Origin: Cladosporium halotolerans
Taxonomy: Eukaryota
Assembly: GCF_011745625.1 (NCBI RefSeq)
Contig: NW_027191488.1
Span: 62,001 to 126,000, forward strand
DNA length: 64,000 bases
Reading direction: 5' to 3'
Shown here: one piece after another, positions 22,137 through 32,758 of the stretch
How positions within the stretch are numbered: the first letter of the stretch is position 1
How the letters are laid out: each line of letters opens with the position of its first letter
Notes under the pieces: generated by a model
Told to the model about the DNA's origin: nothing
Databases searched by the model: none
Seen by the model: only the letters and a program-made list of their open reading frames with translations
Program-made: the position numbers and the translations under genes

Positions 22137-24059
22137 TCACTTCTGGGCAACAGCCGTATACTCGCTCCGGCGAATGCTGGCCTTCTCTTCGTCGCTCTGG
22201 ACAAGTTCCATCTCATCGGCACAGGCACGACGAAGCCCGACTTGCTGCACAAGGGTTTTCTTCCGCAAGTTCAGTAGTTGGTCCAGATCCTCCGCATCTG
22301 CCAGCGATCTGGAGTCTCTTTCGCCGATCTCTGCCTTTTCAATGTCGACGTTAGACAGGCCGAGATCGGAACAAGCGGCCCTGATGGCATCCTCATCATC
22401 AGATTCCTCAACTAGCTCCCGCCAATCTTCGACGAGATCGGCCAACTTCTCTTCAACAGCGACCAGCAGCTTCGCATTCGCCGCCAGAGCCTCCACATAC
22501 GCGATCATCGGATCGTGCACGACGGCCATGAGGTTGAACTCGATCGCGCCCGCGGCATACTGCATCATGCGCCTCATGAGCGCCGGCTGCGCGACGCTCA
22601 GCCAGTCTTTGCCGTCTTCGACGGGGCCCATGTCCTGCGGGAAGGGGTCCATGCCGTCGAGCTTCCAGACGCTGTCACCGATCGGCAGGTAGGCGCAGAA
22701 GTGGAAGCCTGCGCTTTCATCGTCTGAGGAAACGTCTGAGGGCTGTTGTTGGAGAGCGGGCTTGGGGTCTTTGCGCGGCTGGGGCTTACGGCCTGAGCGG
22801 CGCGGCTGCGGCTGGGTTTCTTCTTCTTGTTGGGCGGCGCTTGCTGGTGCGGTGTAGTCTGCGTCTTCGGAAAGTGGCTTGTTCTTGGTAGCCTTGAGCT
22901 TCAGCTTCTTTGGGGTGGTGGCCTCTGTGGGCTCAATGGTCTCGCTGGGCTCGCTCTCGGGGAGCTTCTTCTTCGTGCCGTTCGGCTCAATGGATGTGCT
23001 GTCAATGCTGTCGCTTGCCTTTCCATTCTCGCCCTCATCTGAGGCTGGCTTGTCGGTCGAAGTCTTGTGCTTCTGTTTCTTGGACGGAGTGGCCTCTGGG
23101 CCTTCGTCGGGCTCGTTGGCCTCGCTGGGTTCGCTCTCGGAGAGCTTTCTCTTCGTGCCGTTCGGCTTGCTGGTTGTGCTGTCAGGGCTGTTGGTTGCCT
23201 CTGCGTGCTTTGCATCGTCTGAGGCCGGCTGGTCGTCGGAAGTCTTAAGCTTCTGTTTCTTGCATGCAGTGGCCTTCGTGGCTTCGGCGGGCTCGTTCGC
23301 CTCGCTGAGATCGCTCTCTGATAGCTTTCTCTTTGTGCCGTTGAGCTTGCTTGGGGTATTGCCAGGGCTGTCTGCTGCCTTCGCTGGCGTGGATGCTGAG
23401 CTCTCTGACTTCTTCTCGGAAGCTATGCGCTTCGAGGAGCGGGTATTTTGTGGCGGCTGAGGTGGCGACTTGGTCTTCGCCTTCTGGGCAGCCTTCGCTG
23501 CCTTTGTCTCGCGAGCCTTTGCCACCGCTTGGCGCTTGCGGGCCTTCTGGAGCTTTTCCTGCAAGTGCGCGTTCGCCTGCTCGAGATCCTCCTTGTTGGC
23601 GAAGGAGTTGTGGATGCGCTTCATGAAGGTGAAGCTGTCGACGGCATTGCCTCGATCGTGAGGCGTCATCCCGGCGGTCGACTCCTTGAATTCATGGAGC
23701 TCCTTGCCCACCTGCAGGCCTGGGATGTTGTTCACGATGTTGAGAAGCGCGAACGTCCCGCAGGCGAACTCCGGTACCTGCTCAGCGAACCAGATCTTCT
23801 CGGGGCAATGGTCACCCAGATCGTTCTGGTCCGTCTGGCGGTACCGGAACAGGAAGATCAGGGCGTGCACGGGCTTGGGGAGCATCGCCAGGAACTCGTC
23901 ATCAAGACTGTACAGTTCCTGCATCCTCACCCCGTGCACGCCCAGATCCCTGAGCATGACGTTGAAGAACGCCGGCTCAGACTCCATCTCCACCCAGCCG
24001 GGAAAGGTGTCGCGATCGATTTGAGCGATCGCGTTGCTCTTGCGCTTCTTCGGCGCCAT
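22137..24059 (-). CDS. Ubiquitin C-terminal hydrolase (peptidase C12, UCH37/BAP1-like) with long charged insertion
   Basis: WVEMESEPAFF, ALIFLFRY, Q..ACGTFALLNI (catalytic Cys), FHFCAY (His), LDG (Asp), FNLMAVVHD; coiled-coil tail ending RRSEY. Confidence 0.9.
   Translation of the reverse strand: MAPKKRKSNAIAQIDRDTFPGWVEMESEPAFFNVMLRDLGVHGVRMQELYSLDDEFLAMLPKPVHALIFLFRYRQTDQNDLGDHCPEKIWFAEQVPEFACGTFALLNIVNNIPGLQVGKELHEFKESTAGMTPHDRGNAVDSFTFMKRIHNSFANKEDLEQANAHLQEKLQKARKRQAVAKARETKAAKAAQKAKTKSPPQPPQNTRSSKRIASEKKSESSASTPAKAADSPGNTPSKLNGTKRKLSESDLSEANEPAEATKATACKKQKLKTSDDQPASDDAKHAEATNSPDSTTSKPNGTKRKLSESEPSEANEPDEGPEATPSKKQKHKTSTDKPASDEGENGKASDSIDSTSIEPNGTKKKLPESEPSETIEPTEATTPKKLKLKATKNKPLSEDADYTAPASAAQQEEETQPQPRRSGRKPQPRKDPKPALQQQPSDVSSDDESAGFHFCAYLPIGDSVWKLDGMDPFPQDMGPVEDGKDWLSVAQPALMRRMMQYAAGAIEFNLMAVVHDPMIAYVEALAANAKLLVAVEEKLADLVEDWRELVEESDDEDAIRAACSDLGLSNVDIEKAEIGERDSRSLADAEDLDQLLNLRKKTLVQQVGLRRACADEMELVQSDEEKASIRRSEYTAVAQK
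22865..23380 (-). repeat. 180-bp (60-aa) coding tandem repeat x3 inside the UCH insertion
   Basis: NGTK[RK]KL codons recur at about 23326-23343, 23146-23163 and 22966-22983, an exact 180-bp period. Confidence 0.9.
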
Positions 24060-24538
24060 GTTGTCGATCTGGTTGTGGGATCGAAGGGAGCGGCGTCGTG
24101 AGTGCTGAAGAGAAGAGAGACGGAAGGCGAGTTTCAGCGGGGAGTGAATGAAATGAGTGGAGGGAGCGGATGGTGTGTGCGATTGATCGTCATTTTCGAA
24201 GCAAGCAGCATTGAATAGCCATGCGCCACCGCCACAATGGGAGCCCCGGGTCTATTGTTCTTGTTTCATCTTGCCTATTCTGAAACAGGCATGTGTCCGT
24301 CTGTCGACCCCGTGTGGCCCGTGCGTGAAGCTGCAGCAGTCGCGCTTCGCGTCCGCGGTGAAGTGAGTTCAGTTCTGAAGCCCGGCAAAACATTCATTCC
24401 AGGTAACGACACTGCTTTCTATTCGCTCCCACGACATCACGAACCACCAAAATCCGCAGAAAGTACCCACAACATCTGGGAAATTTCTTGTACCCTTGGA
24501 TCCGGTGCCCGAGAAATGACCAAAGCACTGTGAACACA

Positions 24539-27500
24539 ATGAACGGCACTCCGCGCATGTCGAGCGCGTTCCCTTCGACACCTCAAACTCAAAGACGGCC
24601 GCCTCCCCAATATGGCGGCTCACAACACATGCCCCGGCGGAGCTTGAATGCATCTTCCGGCCTCAGCCCAGTCAAATCGCGCTCAGCACCGCCTGAAGCG
24701 GAGAGCGGACCTCTCATACCCTTAGACTGGATCGATGCACCTTCACAGCGCTTCTACGCATTCGCCCTCTACCTAGCGCTCATGTCATGGCGGATTTACG
24801 ATTGGAACACACTGCAAGATTCGGAAGAGCAGAGCTTATGGTTGTTCATGAAGTGGCTGTTCATAGATGGGACGTTCTTGTTTGGGCTGCCGTCTTTGAG
24901 GATACCCTGGCTGGAATGGGAGTCTGCCACTATGTTGCTGTTGTTTCTGGGACATGCGATGATCGATGGTATCCTGATGTTCCAGATTGATCTGCGCATT
25001 CCGGCTGGGTTCGCCGCAGTCGGTAGGAGTGTTTGGGGCGCATACGAGATGGCTGTGAACGAGCACAATGTCAACCCGCAGTCTGTCATGCACAATGAAT
25101 CTCTGATCTTGGGTCGCCAAATCATCCACATTCTGCCGGAGGGCTCCGCGACGCTCAACGAGGACAGGGAAGCCTTTTGCGTGGACGGAGTACGAACGGA
25201 GGCCAGGCTGCCCATCACCATCAATGCGACTAGCCCAGTTTCAATTGATCTTGTGCGGATTGATCTCGAGACTCAGGCTAACGAGACAATCCACATTTCC
25301 AAGTCGCAAATCAAGGCCATGCATAAGGAGGCCTCTCGGATGATCTCATACAGTGACAAGCCCAACGAGCCCAAGACACTCTATCACTCGGTCAAGAAGC
25401 CTGGTATCTACTTCCTCCAAAAAGTTGTCGACGAGACGAACCTCGAGGTTTCGCGCAAGAGACTTGCGCACACCGCGGTCGTTCTTTGTCCAAAGGCCAT
25501 CGTCAAGCCCCCAACTGCCAACAGATGCAGAGGCGAGCTCTCGGACGTCGAGCTCGAAGTTACGGGAACTCCGCCTCTTCGTGTAAAATACAAGAAGATG
25601 GTCAACAAGCAGCCTTCCGAGTCCAGCTTTGAAAGCATCCAGCCCGAGGATTTCTACTCGCCCCTGTCTAGGCAAGACCACAATGCTATCGTTGTGCCGA
25701 AGCGCGTGGATACAGAGTGGGCCAGGACTAGGCAGGTACCTGTCCCCTTGAGTGAGCATCTTGGACAAGCCGGTAATTGGGTTTATACCATCGACGAGGT
25801 CCAGGACGGCTTTGGCAATAAGGTTGTGTACTCTGAGCGCGACCAGGAGGAGCAGGAGCGTCGCCCTCGTCAAGCCGCCAAGCTCCACCAATCTATTACT
25901 GTGCACGAGCGCCCTTCCGTCAGTCTCAAGGGCTGCACTCCTCAAAAGCCGATGAAGATCGCCAAGGGCGAGACTGCAGACTTGCCAGTGCAGTACGGGT
26001 CGACTGGCAAGGGCAGCATCATGGACGCCGCCTACCGCCTCAACTACGTCTTCACTCCAGACACCTCGCTGTCTGCGACTGGTGAACACAGCACCAACCC
26101 ACAGAATCACACCTTCGAGACTGCCAAGAACCGGTTGACGCAGCCTCAGATTCGTGGTCCGGGTCTCTACACGTTGACTAGCGTCTCCACAGAGTTCTGT
26201 CCTGGCGAGGTCCTCGAGCCTGCTTCTTGTCTGCTACAGAACCCGCCGGAGCCTGGCCTTACCATCAACCAGGAGGAAATTTTCGACAAGTGCGCTGGCA
26301 GCCCGATCGGTCTCCGCGTCGACCTTGACCTGGTCGGTACACCACCTTTTGAGATCACCTACAAGGTGAAGGCGAAGGATGATCGCCACCATTCTGAGGG
26401 TGTCGAGAGAGTGGCTGGCCACCGCGGGCAGATGGAGCTCACGCCCAGGACTGCCGGTCACTACACTTATGAGTTCCTGGAAATCAGTGATTCTATTTAC
26501 AAGAAGCACCCGCTGAAGGGCAAAGACCTCCGGCTAGAGCAAGACGTCAAGCCATCCGCATCGGCACAGTTTGTTCGCCTCAAAGACAAATACTTCTCGT
26601 GCATCGACGAGCAGGTCGATTTTGAAGTCGCTCTTAGCGGAGAACGTCCTTTCAGCGTGGAGTACGAGATCATGCATGCAGGACGCCGCGTCAAGAAGCA
26701 GATCGAAAACATCACTGGCGACAGAACCACATTCTCGACACCTCCTCTCGTTGAAGGCGGCGAATACACTGTAGCGCTCACAAGTGTTACGGACCGCATG
26801 GGCTGCAAGGAGTTCCTCAAAGATGAGGCTCGCATCAGTGTTCGTCACCAGAAGCCCAAGGTTGGATTCGGTTCCATTGACGGACGCCGGAGTATCGACA
26901 TGCTCGAGGGCAAGAGGACAGAGGTCCCTCTTAGGCTTATGGCTGGCGAGGCTCCTTGGACCGTTCAATACGTCGACGCCGCCGGCAGAACCCAGCAGCT
27001 CACTGCGCAAAAGCCAAATGATAGGCTCACCATCTCCGAGGCGGGCACCTACGAGCTGGTTGACCTTCACGACAGGATTTGCCCCGGCCAAGTGGATGAG
27101 TCAGCGAACAAGTTCGAAGTGAGCTTGATCCCTCGCCCAGAGATGCGCATTGCGCGCAGCGATGTCACCGAAGTGAAGGGCAACGTCTTCCAGAAGGAGG
27201 ACATCTGTGAGGGCGATGAGGATGCGGTCGAGCTGCTCTTCAAGGGCTCGCCGCCCTACCACGTCCAGTATGTGCAATCGGTCAAGCCGGTATCCGGAAC
27301 TATGGCTCCCAAGAACAAGGATCTTCGCGCTGCGCTCAACGTTGCATCGCTCCGTATGGATACCGCGCAAGCAGGCGCCTACGAGTACCAATTCGGCAAG
27401 CTGGGCGATTCAAACTACGACCACAGCGCAAGGCACTTCTCGCCTCTCGTCGTCAAGCAGAAGGTCCACGCCCGTCCATCTGCCGCCTTCAAGAACCCAG

Positions 27501-28366
27501 GCAAGACCTACAGCTACTGCTCCGTGGAATCCGAAGGCGAGGAAGTCATCCCCATCACCCTCCACGGCGCCCCACCCTTCAGCCTCGAAGTCGAAATCAA
27601 GCACCTCGGCTCCGTGCGCCCCGAAACAGTCATGCTCAACGACATCAAATCCACCTCCACGGAAATCAAAATCCCCCACCGCAGCCTGCACCTAGGCAAA
27701 TCCTCCGTCGCGCTCCGCCGCGTCACCGACTCCCGCGGCTGCAGCCGCACCCTCGACACCACGACCCCCCGCGTCCAGATCTCCGTCCACGACGCCCCCA
27801 CCATCACGCCCCTCGAGACGACCGACGACAACTGCGTCGGCGACCGCCTCAACTTCGGCCTCAGCGGCACCGCCCCCTTCACCGTCTTCTACACCTTCGA
27901 AGGCCACGAGCGCAAGGCCCTCGCCCAGACCACCACCTTCCGCCGCCTCGCCGAGAAGCCCGGCACCTTCACCATCACGGGCGTGCAGGACAGCGCCTCC
28001 GGCTGCCGCGCCGGCACGCGCCTGGTCAAGCGCATCCACGGCATGCCCTCGGCGCGCGTCAGCAAGGGCCGCGACTCCTACGTCGACATCCACGAGGGCG
28101 GCGAGGCCGAGATCCTGTTCGAGTTCGGCGGCGAGCCGCCCTTCGAGTTCACGTACACGCGCTCGTCGAACGCGGAGCGCAAGGGCGGCCGCGGCGTCGT
28201 GCTGGATATGCGCAGCGAGGTCAGCGACGAGCACAGCTTGCGCGTCGCGGCGCACGAGGAGGGCACGTATGAGGTTGTCGCTATTAAGGATCGGTTCTGC
28301 GCGTATTCGAGGCCGGGGGTGAAAGTGGGGGAGAAGAGCGGGCAGAAGAAGTTGGGGTACTATTGA
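24539..28366 (+). CDS. POM152: Nuclear pore membrane protein Pom152
   Basis: MNGTPR..AFPSTP start at ATG 24539; LIPLDWIDAPSQR; TM region; ILGRQIIHILPEGSA; repeated Cys-containing Ig-like modules (G.PPF...Y ... G.Y....V.D..C). Confidence 0.93.
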   Translation: MNGTPRMSSAFPSTPQTQRRPPPQYGGSQHMPRRSLNASSGLSPVKSRSAPPEAESGPLIPLDWIDAPSQRFYAFALYLALMSWRIYDWNTLQDSEEQSLWLFMKWLFIDGTFLFGLPSLRIPWLEWESATMLLLFLGHAMIDGILMFQIDLRIPAGFAAVGRSVWGAYEMAVNEHNVNPQSVMHNESLILGRQIIHILPEGSATLNEDREAFCVDGVRTEARLPITINATSPVSIDLVRIDLETQANETIHISKSQIKAMHKEASRMISYSDKPNEPKTLYHSVKKPGIYFLQKVVDETNLEVSRKRLAHTAVVLCPKAIVKPPTANRCRGELSDVELEVTGTPPLRVKYKKMVNKQPSESSFESIQPEDFYSPLSRQDHNAIVVPKRVDTEWARTRQVPVPLSEHLGQAGNWVYTIDEVQDGFGNKVVYSERDQEEQERRPRQAAKLHQSITVHERPSVSLKGCTPQKPMKIAKGETADLPVQYGSTGKGSIMDAAYRLNYVFTPDTSLSATGEHSTNPQNHTFETAKNRLTQPQIRGPGLYTLTSVSTEFCPGEVLEPASCLLQNPPEPGLTINQEEIFDKCAGSPIGLRVDLDLVGTPPFEITYKVKAKDDRHHSEGVERVAGHRGQMELTPRTAGHYTYEFLEISDSIYKKHPLKGKDLRLEQDVKPSASAQFVRLKDKYFSCIDEQVDFEVALSGERPFSVEYEIMHAGRRVKKQIENITGDRTTFSTPPLVEGGEYTVALTSVTDRMGCKEFLKDEARISVRHQKPKVGFGSIDGRRSIDMLEGKRTEVPLRLMAGEAPWTVQYVDAAGRTQQLTAQKPNDRLTISEAGTYELVDLHDRICPGQVDESANKFEVSLIPRPEMRIARSDVTEVKGNVFQKEDICEGDEDAVELLFKGSPPYHVQYVQSVKPVSGTMAPKNKDLRAALNVASLRMDTAQAGAYEYQFGKLGDSNYDHSARHFSPLVVKQKVHARPSAAFKNPGKTYSYCSVESEGEEVIPITLHGAPPFSLEVEIKHLGSVRPETVMLNDIKSTSTEIKIPHRSLHLGKSSVALRRVTDSRGCSRTLDTTTPRVQISVHDAPTITPLETTDDNCVGDRLNFGLSGTAPFTVFYTFEGHERKALAQTTTFRRLAEKPGTFTITGVQDSASGCRAGTRLVKRIHGMPSARVSKGRDSYVDIHEGGEAEILFEFGGEPPFEFTYTRSSNAERKGGRGVVLDMRSEVSDEHSLRVAAHEEGTYEVVAIKDRFCAYSRPGVKVGEKSGQKKLGYY

Positions 28367-29114
28367 GTGCCTTGGCTTGCTTTGTGGAGGATGAAGGGCG
28401 GAGGTGTGGGCCCAAGTGGGATGGAGGGTGGCAGGGGAAGTAGGTTTTTGCATTTTCGGGTCGCAGCGTGGCGTTTTGGGGGTTCGGGTTTTTTGTCTTG
28501 GGGGGCTGGGTAGGCGGGTGGATGGAAGAGGTCACGGGACGCGCTTTGCTACGCGTTGTTCGATGGTGGCCATCATGTAATCTCACGTAGTATTGTACGC
28601 ATACCAGATGAGAAGAGTTCACCGTGTGATTTCTCAACTTGATTGGAGATGCGGTATGAATTGAACCAACGGCGCCGGCTGCACAAGGTTGGCAGAGTAA
28701 CCCAGTGATAAAGCAGCAACATCACGAGCTAAGCCATGGTGATGACTTCACGGGCAGGAATCTGTACAAGCATGAAGACAAAAGCACACATGACCACTGA
28801 GAGAACGCGACAAAAGTGAAGAGATCGGAATCTGCTTTTGATCAAGCTATGTACCGAAAAATATCCATCAAAAATCCACAGACTCCATCGTCCACCCTAA
28901 CGAGTCGGGGCACGATAGACAGACAAAGAAGAGACCGCGTAGAGATTCAAACCAACCAAGGGAGAGACAGTCCAAGTGCGTCGGTCACAAATGGGGAGAA
29001 GAGTAGAGAGAGTCAACACCAGTCAGGTCAGTTGGCAAGGCCGGCGACCGTCAGCGTCGATGGTATCCGTTGAATTGGATCCGCAAGCAAGAGATTGCAT
29101 GCGATGTTGACCAT

Positions 29115-30378
29115 TTACAACAGCAGCATGAAGCCGGCCAGGAGCACGCCCGCGGTCGAGCCCAGGGCTCCCATGGCGGGAGAGGGTGCAAAGGTGACTG
29201 CGCCGCTGTTGTAGACGGGCTCGGTCGGACGGGCGGTGGGCATGGTCATGTTGGTGGTCGGCTTGCGGGTGCTAGATGTAGAGGTAGACATGGCCGAAGA
29301 CTCGGAGCTGGTGGTGCTCTCGTACTTGGAGCTCTTGGACATGCCGGAAGATGTTGACGGAGCGGCATCGGCGGTCGAAGATGCCATGCTTGAGCTGGAC
29401 GACATTGGCTGCACAGGTGAGGTCATGGCTGAAGAGCTGGCCATCGAGCTGGACTGCATGGACTGCACGGGAGAGGTCTTGGCCGAAGAGCTGGCACTTG
29501 ACATCGGAGGCTTCACAGGCATGGTCGGGGCCGAAGAGCTGGGCATGGTGGGCATCACAGGCGTGCTCGGCGGAGGGACATACTGCGTCTGGCTTGCTGG
29601 CCGGCTGGTTGAAGAAGACGGCTTGATGGTCTGAGTGGTCGCGGTCCAGGAGGTATAAGTCCAGCGAGAAGTCGGGCAAGGCGCAGTGGTGTTCTTGGGC
29701 GGGGTGTAAGTCGAAGTCTTGCTGGTGGTGCACGGAGTTGTGGTTGGCTTGTACCAAGTTGTCGACCTGGTGCAAGGGGTGCTGGTGGACTTGGACGAAG
29801 TCGTGCCTAGAGTGGCGCTACTGGACTTGTGCGAAGTGGTGCACGGAGTGGTGCTGGGCTTCCACGAGGTTCTCGACTTGGTGCACGGGTTGCTCGAAGT
29901 GCTCGGGGATTTGCAGGAGCTGGACGTCGAAGTCGTGCTGCATGGAGTGGTTGTCGGCTTGTGCCAGGTTGACGTAGTGCATGGGGTGGTGGACGACTTG
30001 GACGAGGTTGTGCAAGGCTTCGTCCAGGACTTTGGCGAGGAGCAAGACGAGCAAGGTGTGGTTGTCATGGTCGTGGTAGGTGTCCAGGTCCAAGTTGTGC
30101 AACTCGTGGTCACCTTTGGCTTGCCCCAGGCTGTAGTCTGATGGACCTGGCAGTGCTTTGAGGTCGTGGTCGGCGGAGGACAGTGTTTGCCGTGCTCGCA
30201 GTCCACGCTCGGCCAGACTGGGCTAGCCGGGTAAGAGTCCTTGGCCTGTTCCGCGGGAATGGCGACGCCTGGAGATGTGTCAGAGCGTGGTATTTGCAGA
30301 TCTGTGCCGAGATGAAGACTCACATGAGACCAGGCTGGCCGTGGCGAGCGTCAGGCAGCTGAGAATCCCGGTCCTCAT
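29115..30378 (-). CDS. Secreted Ser/Thr-rich GPI-anchored cell-wall protein with TTPC repeats
   Basis: Exon 1 (30378-30324) encodes signal peptide MRTGILSCLTLATASLVS. Intron 30269-30323 (GTGAGT..CTGAC..CAG). S/T-rich body; C-terminal YNSGA followed by a hydrophobic tail (GPI signal). Confidence 0.85.
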
Positions 30379-31176
30379 CTTGGCGGTTTGTCGGTGCTGA
30401 CGTGAGTTGATCGGTGTTGAGATGTGTCGAAATGGTATCGCGGTAGAAATGTTGCGTTGTGCTGTTTGTTAGTGTAACTGTGCGGTGGGGAGGAGAAGAG
30501 AGAAGAGGAGGAAGAGGCACAGCGCGCTGTTTTGTTCATGGTGGACAGCTAAACGTGGCAGTCGCAGTGTCAAATTGGTTGCTGGGAAGGAGTATGATAT
30601 CGTGGCAGGAGACATGGCAGCGAGAGAAGGAGGTGCAGCGTGCACCGTCGTTCCTGATGTTGGGGTCCGGTCCGCTCTCACGTGATACGCGCGTCGCTGG
30701 CGAAGTGAGGTTAAGGGAGTGAGCACATGACTTCCGCGACACGAGTTGTGCTCACGTCTTTTCGATGCCCTCCATGTGAGCCCTCCTACTACTCTTGTCT
30801 CTCTTCACTTTTCACAACGCACCTTGACGTGGGCGGGAAAGGTCCGCGGTGCGCCTTCCGTTTGTTGTCCCTCCGTTTGCAGTGTCGTCATGCAACCGCC
30901 CGTGACTTCCCTCGCAACAGCCTCAACAAAGCACAGCGGCGTCGCCCACCGAACTCCCACCTCCCGCCTCTCAACATCACGCCACCTCTTCTCTCCCGCT
31001 CCTTCACCAACACCACCCACACTCGTTCATCCCCGTTCATCCCCGTACCAGATCGCCTTCCGCGCTGTACACCTTCCCTGCAGCCGATCCAGCCGCAGTC
31101 TTCCACGGCACCCTCTCCACTGTATCCTCAAGACTGCCACACCACCCACTCGCTGCACGGCAAGACTCGAGTCAGG

Positions 31177-32758
31177 ATGTGCTCCAACCTGTTCACCACC
31201 CTCGCCTCCATGGCAGGCCTGGCCGCTCTCTCGCTCGCGCAGAGCAGTATGTCCACCTGCTCCTCACTCGATCGCTCGTCACGTGCTAACACGCGCACCA
31301 GCTGTCGCCACCAGCACCTCGACTGAGCTCGGCTTCTTTCCCGTCGGCTCGACCTCGACCATCTACACCACCACCGAGGTCACCGTCTACAGCTGCGGCC
31401 CAAGCATCAGCGACTGCCCGGTCACCACTATGATTGTGCCGGTCTCGACCACTGTTTGCCCTGTCACCGTCACTTCTGCCTCCAGCACTGTCGTTCCAGG
31501 CACTTCTATTCCAGGCACTTCTGCTCCAGGCACTTTTGCTCCAGGCACTTCTGCTCCAGGCACCGAGTCGTCTTTGTCTTCGGTCTCCAGCGGGCTCCTG
31601 CCTCCCACTCCGACTAGGACCACCACCGTTCCTGGTGCGGGCGCATCCAGCTCTGCTGCCTCCTCGAGTTCCATTGCTCAGCCTGTCGGGTCCTCGTCGC
31701 AGTCGAGCTCGTCTCCAGCTAGCGTTCCTACCAGCGCAGGTTCGACTACAACTTCTGCTTCTTCCGGTTCTTCTACCAGCGGAGTTGGCGGATCTGCCTC
31801 CAGCGCGACTTCTTTGTCGCCGCCTGCTACAGGTAGCACTGGTGGACAGGGGTCAACCTCATCATACTCTACCACTGCGGCTGGTCACTCAACAACCGCT
31901 TCGGTCCCAGCTTCGGGCGGCGCCTCTTCTCCCAGTGGCACTGCCGCCATTCCTGCCAGTGGATCCGCATCTTCGCTTGCGTCGTCAGCGACCACGGCTC
32001 CTGTCTCTGGCATGACTAGTGGTGCGACTCCGTCTATCAGCTTTGCTCCCACTTCTTCTCCGTCGACTGGGTCCACGTCGCCTTCTGGCTCGGGCAATGC
32101 TCCCATCTCTTCGACTGAAGGCAGCCCCGCAGGCGGGAGCTCTGGTAGCGGCGGACCTGCCATTTCCACCACGGCCACTGGGCCCTCTCTTTATTCCGGG
32201 GTTGGCGCACCTTCTGGTGCGAGCGGCAGCAATGTCTCCCCCGCGACGACCACAAGTAGGTCTACAATTACTTCAATGGTGACGAGCCAGGTCACTGTTT
32301 CAGGCTCACCCTCGACCTCAACCATCACCCTCTCCTCTGCCTCGGGAGTCTCGTCGCAGACCAGTGTGGCTGATGTAAGTAATCTGCTTGTTTCATCACC
32401 AGCAAAGATTCTCGCTAACCCTAATTCGCAGGGCGCTACCGGTCTTTCATCTTCTTCCACAAGCGCTGCTGGAGCGCCGAAGCCGACCTCATCGACCAAC
32501 GTCAGCATCCTGCCAACGTCTGTCGCCTCGGCGCCCTCGACGCCGTCCACTCTCAGCACCACGAGCAATGCTCAGGCCGGTGCCGCTGGCGCTACTAGCA
32601 CAGGCGTCAACGGCGCCGGACCTGCTGGCAACGGCACCTACGGTGCGCCGACTGCCCAGGTCTCCCCCTTCCTCGGTGGTGGTGCCAATGTTGGGTATGA
32701 TGCAGGCATGCTGCTCTGCTTTACTATCGCCGTCATTGGCGCCGTGGGACTCATCTAG
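31177..32758 (+). CDS. Secreted Ser/Thr/Gly-rich GPI-anchored cell-wall protein
   Basis: ATG 31177, signal peptide MCSNLFTTLASMAGLAALSLAQ. Introns 31247-31301 and 32375-32431. Wall-protein motif TIYTTTEVTVYSC..DCP..STTVCPVT; hydrophobic C-terminus after PFLGGG. Confidence 0.85.
31496..31564 (+). repeat. 15-bp coding minisatellite (ccaggcacttctgct) x4.6 encoding PGTSA
   Basis: Units at 31496, 31511, 31526, 31541 and a partial unit at 31556. Confidence 0.9.

Noticed and set aside
30746..31176. Long N-terminal extension of the 670-aa ORF
   Set aside because: Starts at a non-ATG codon. A proper signal-peptide exon at 31177 with a canonical intron explains the gene better.
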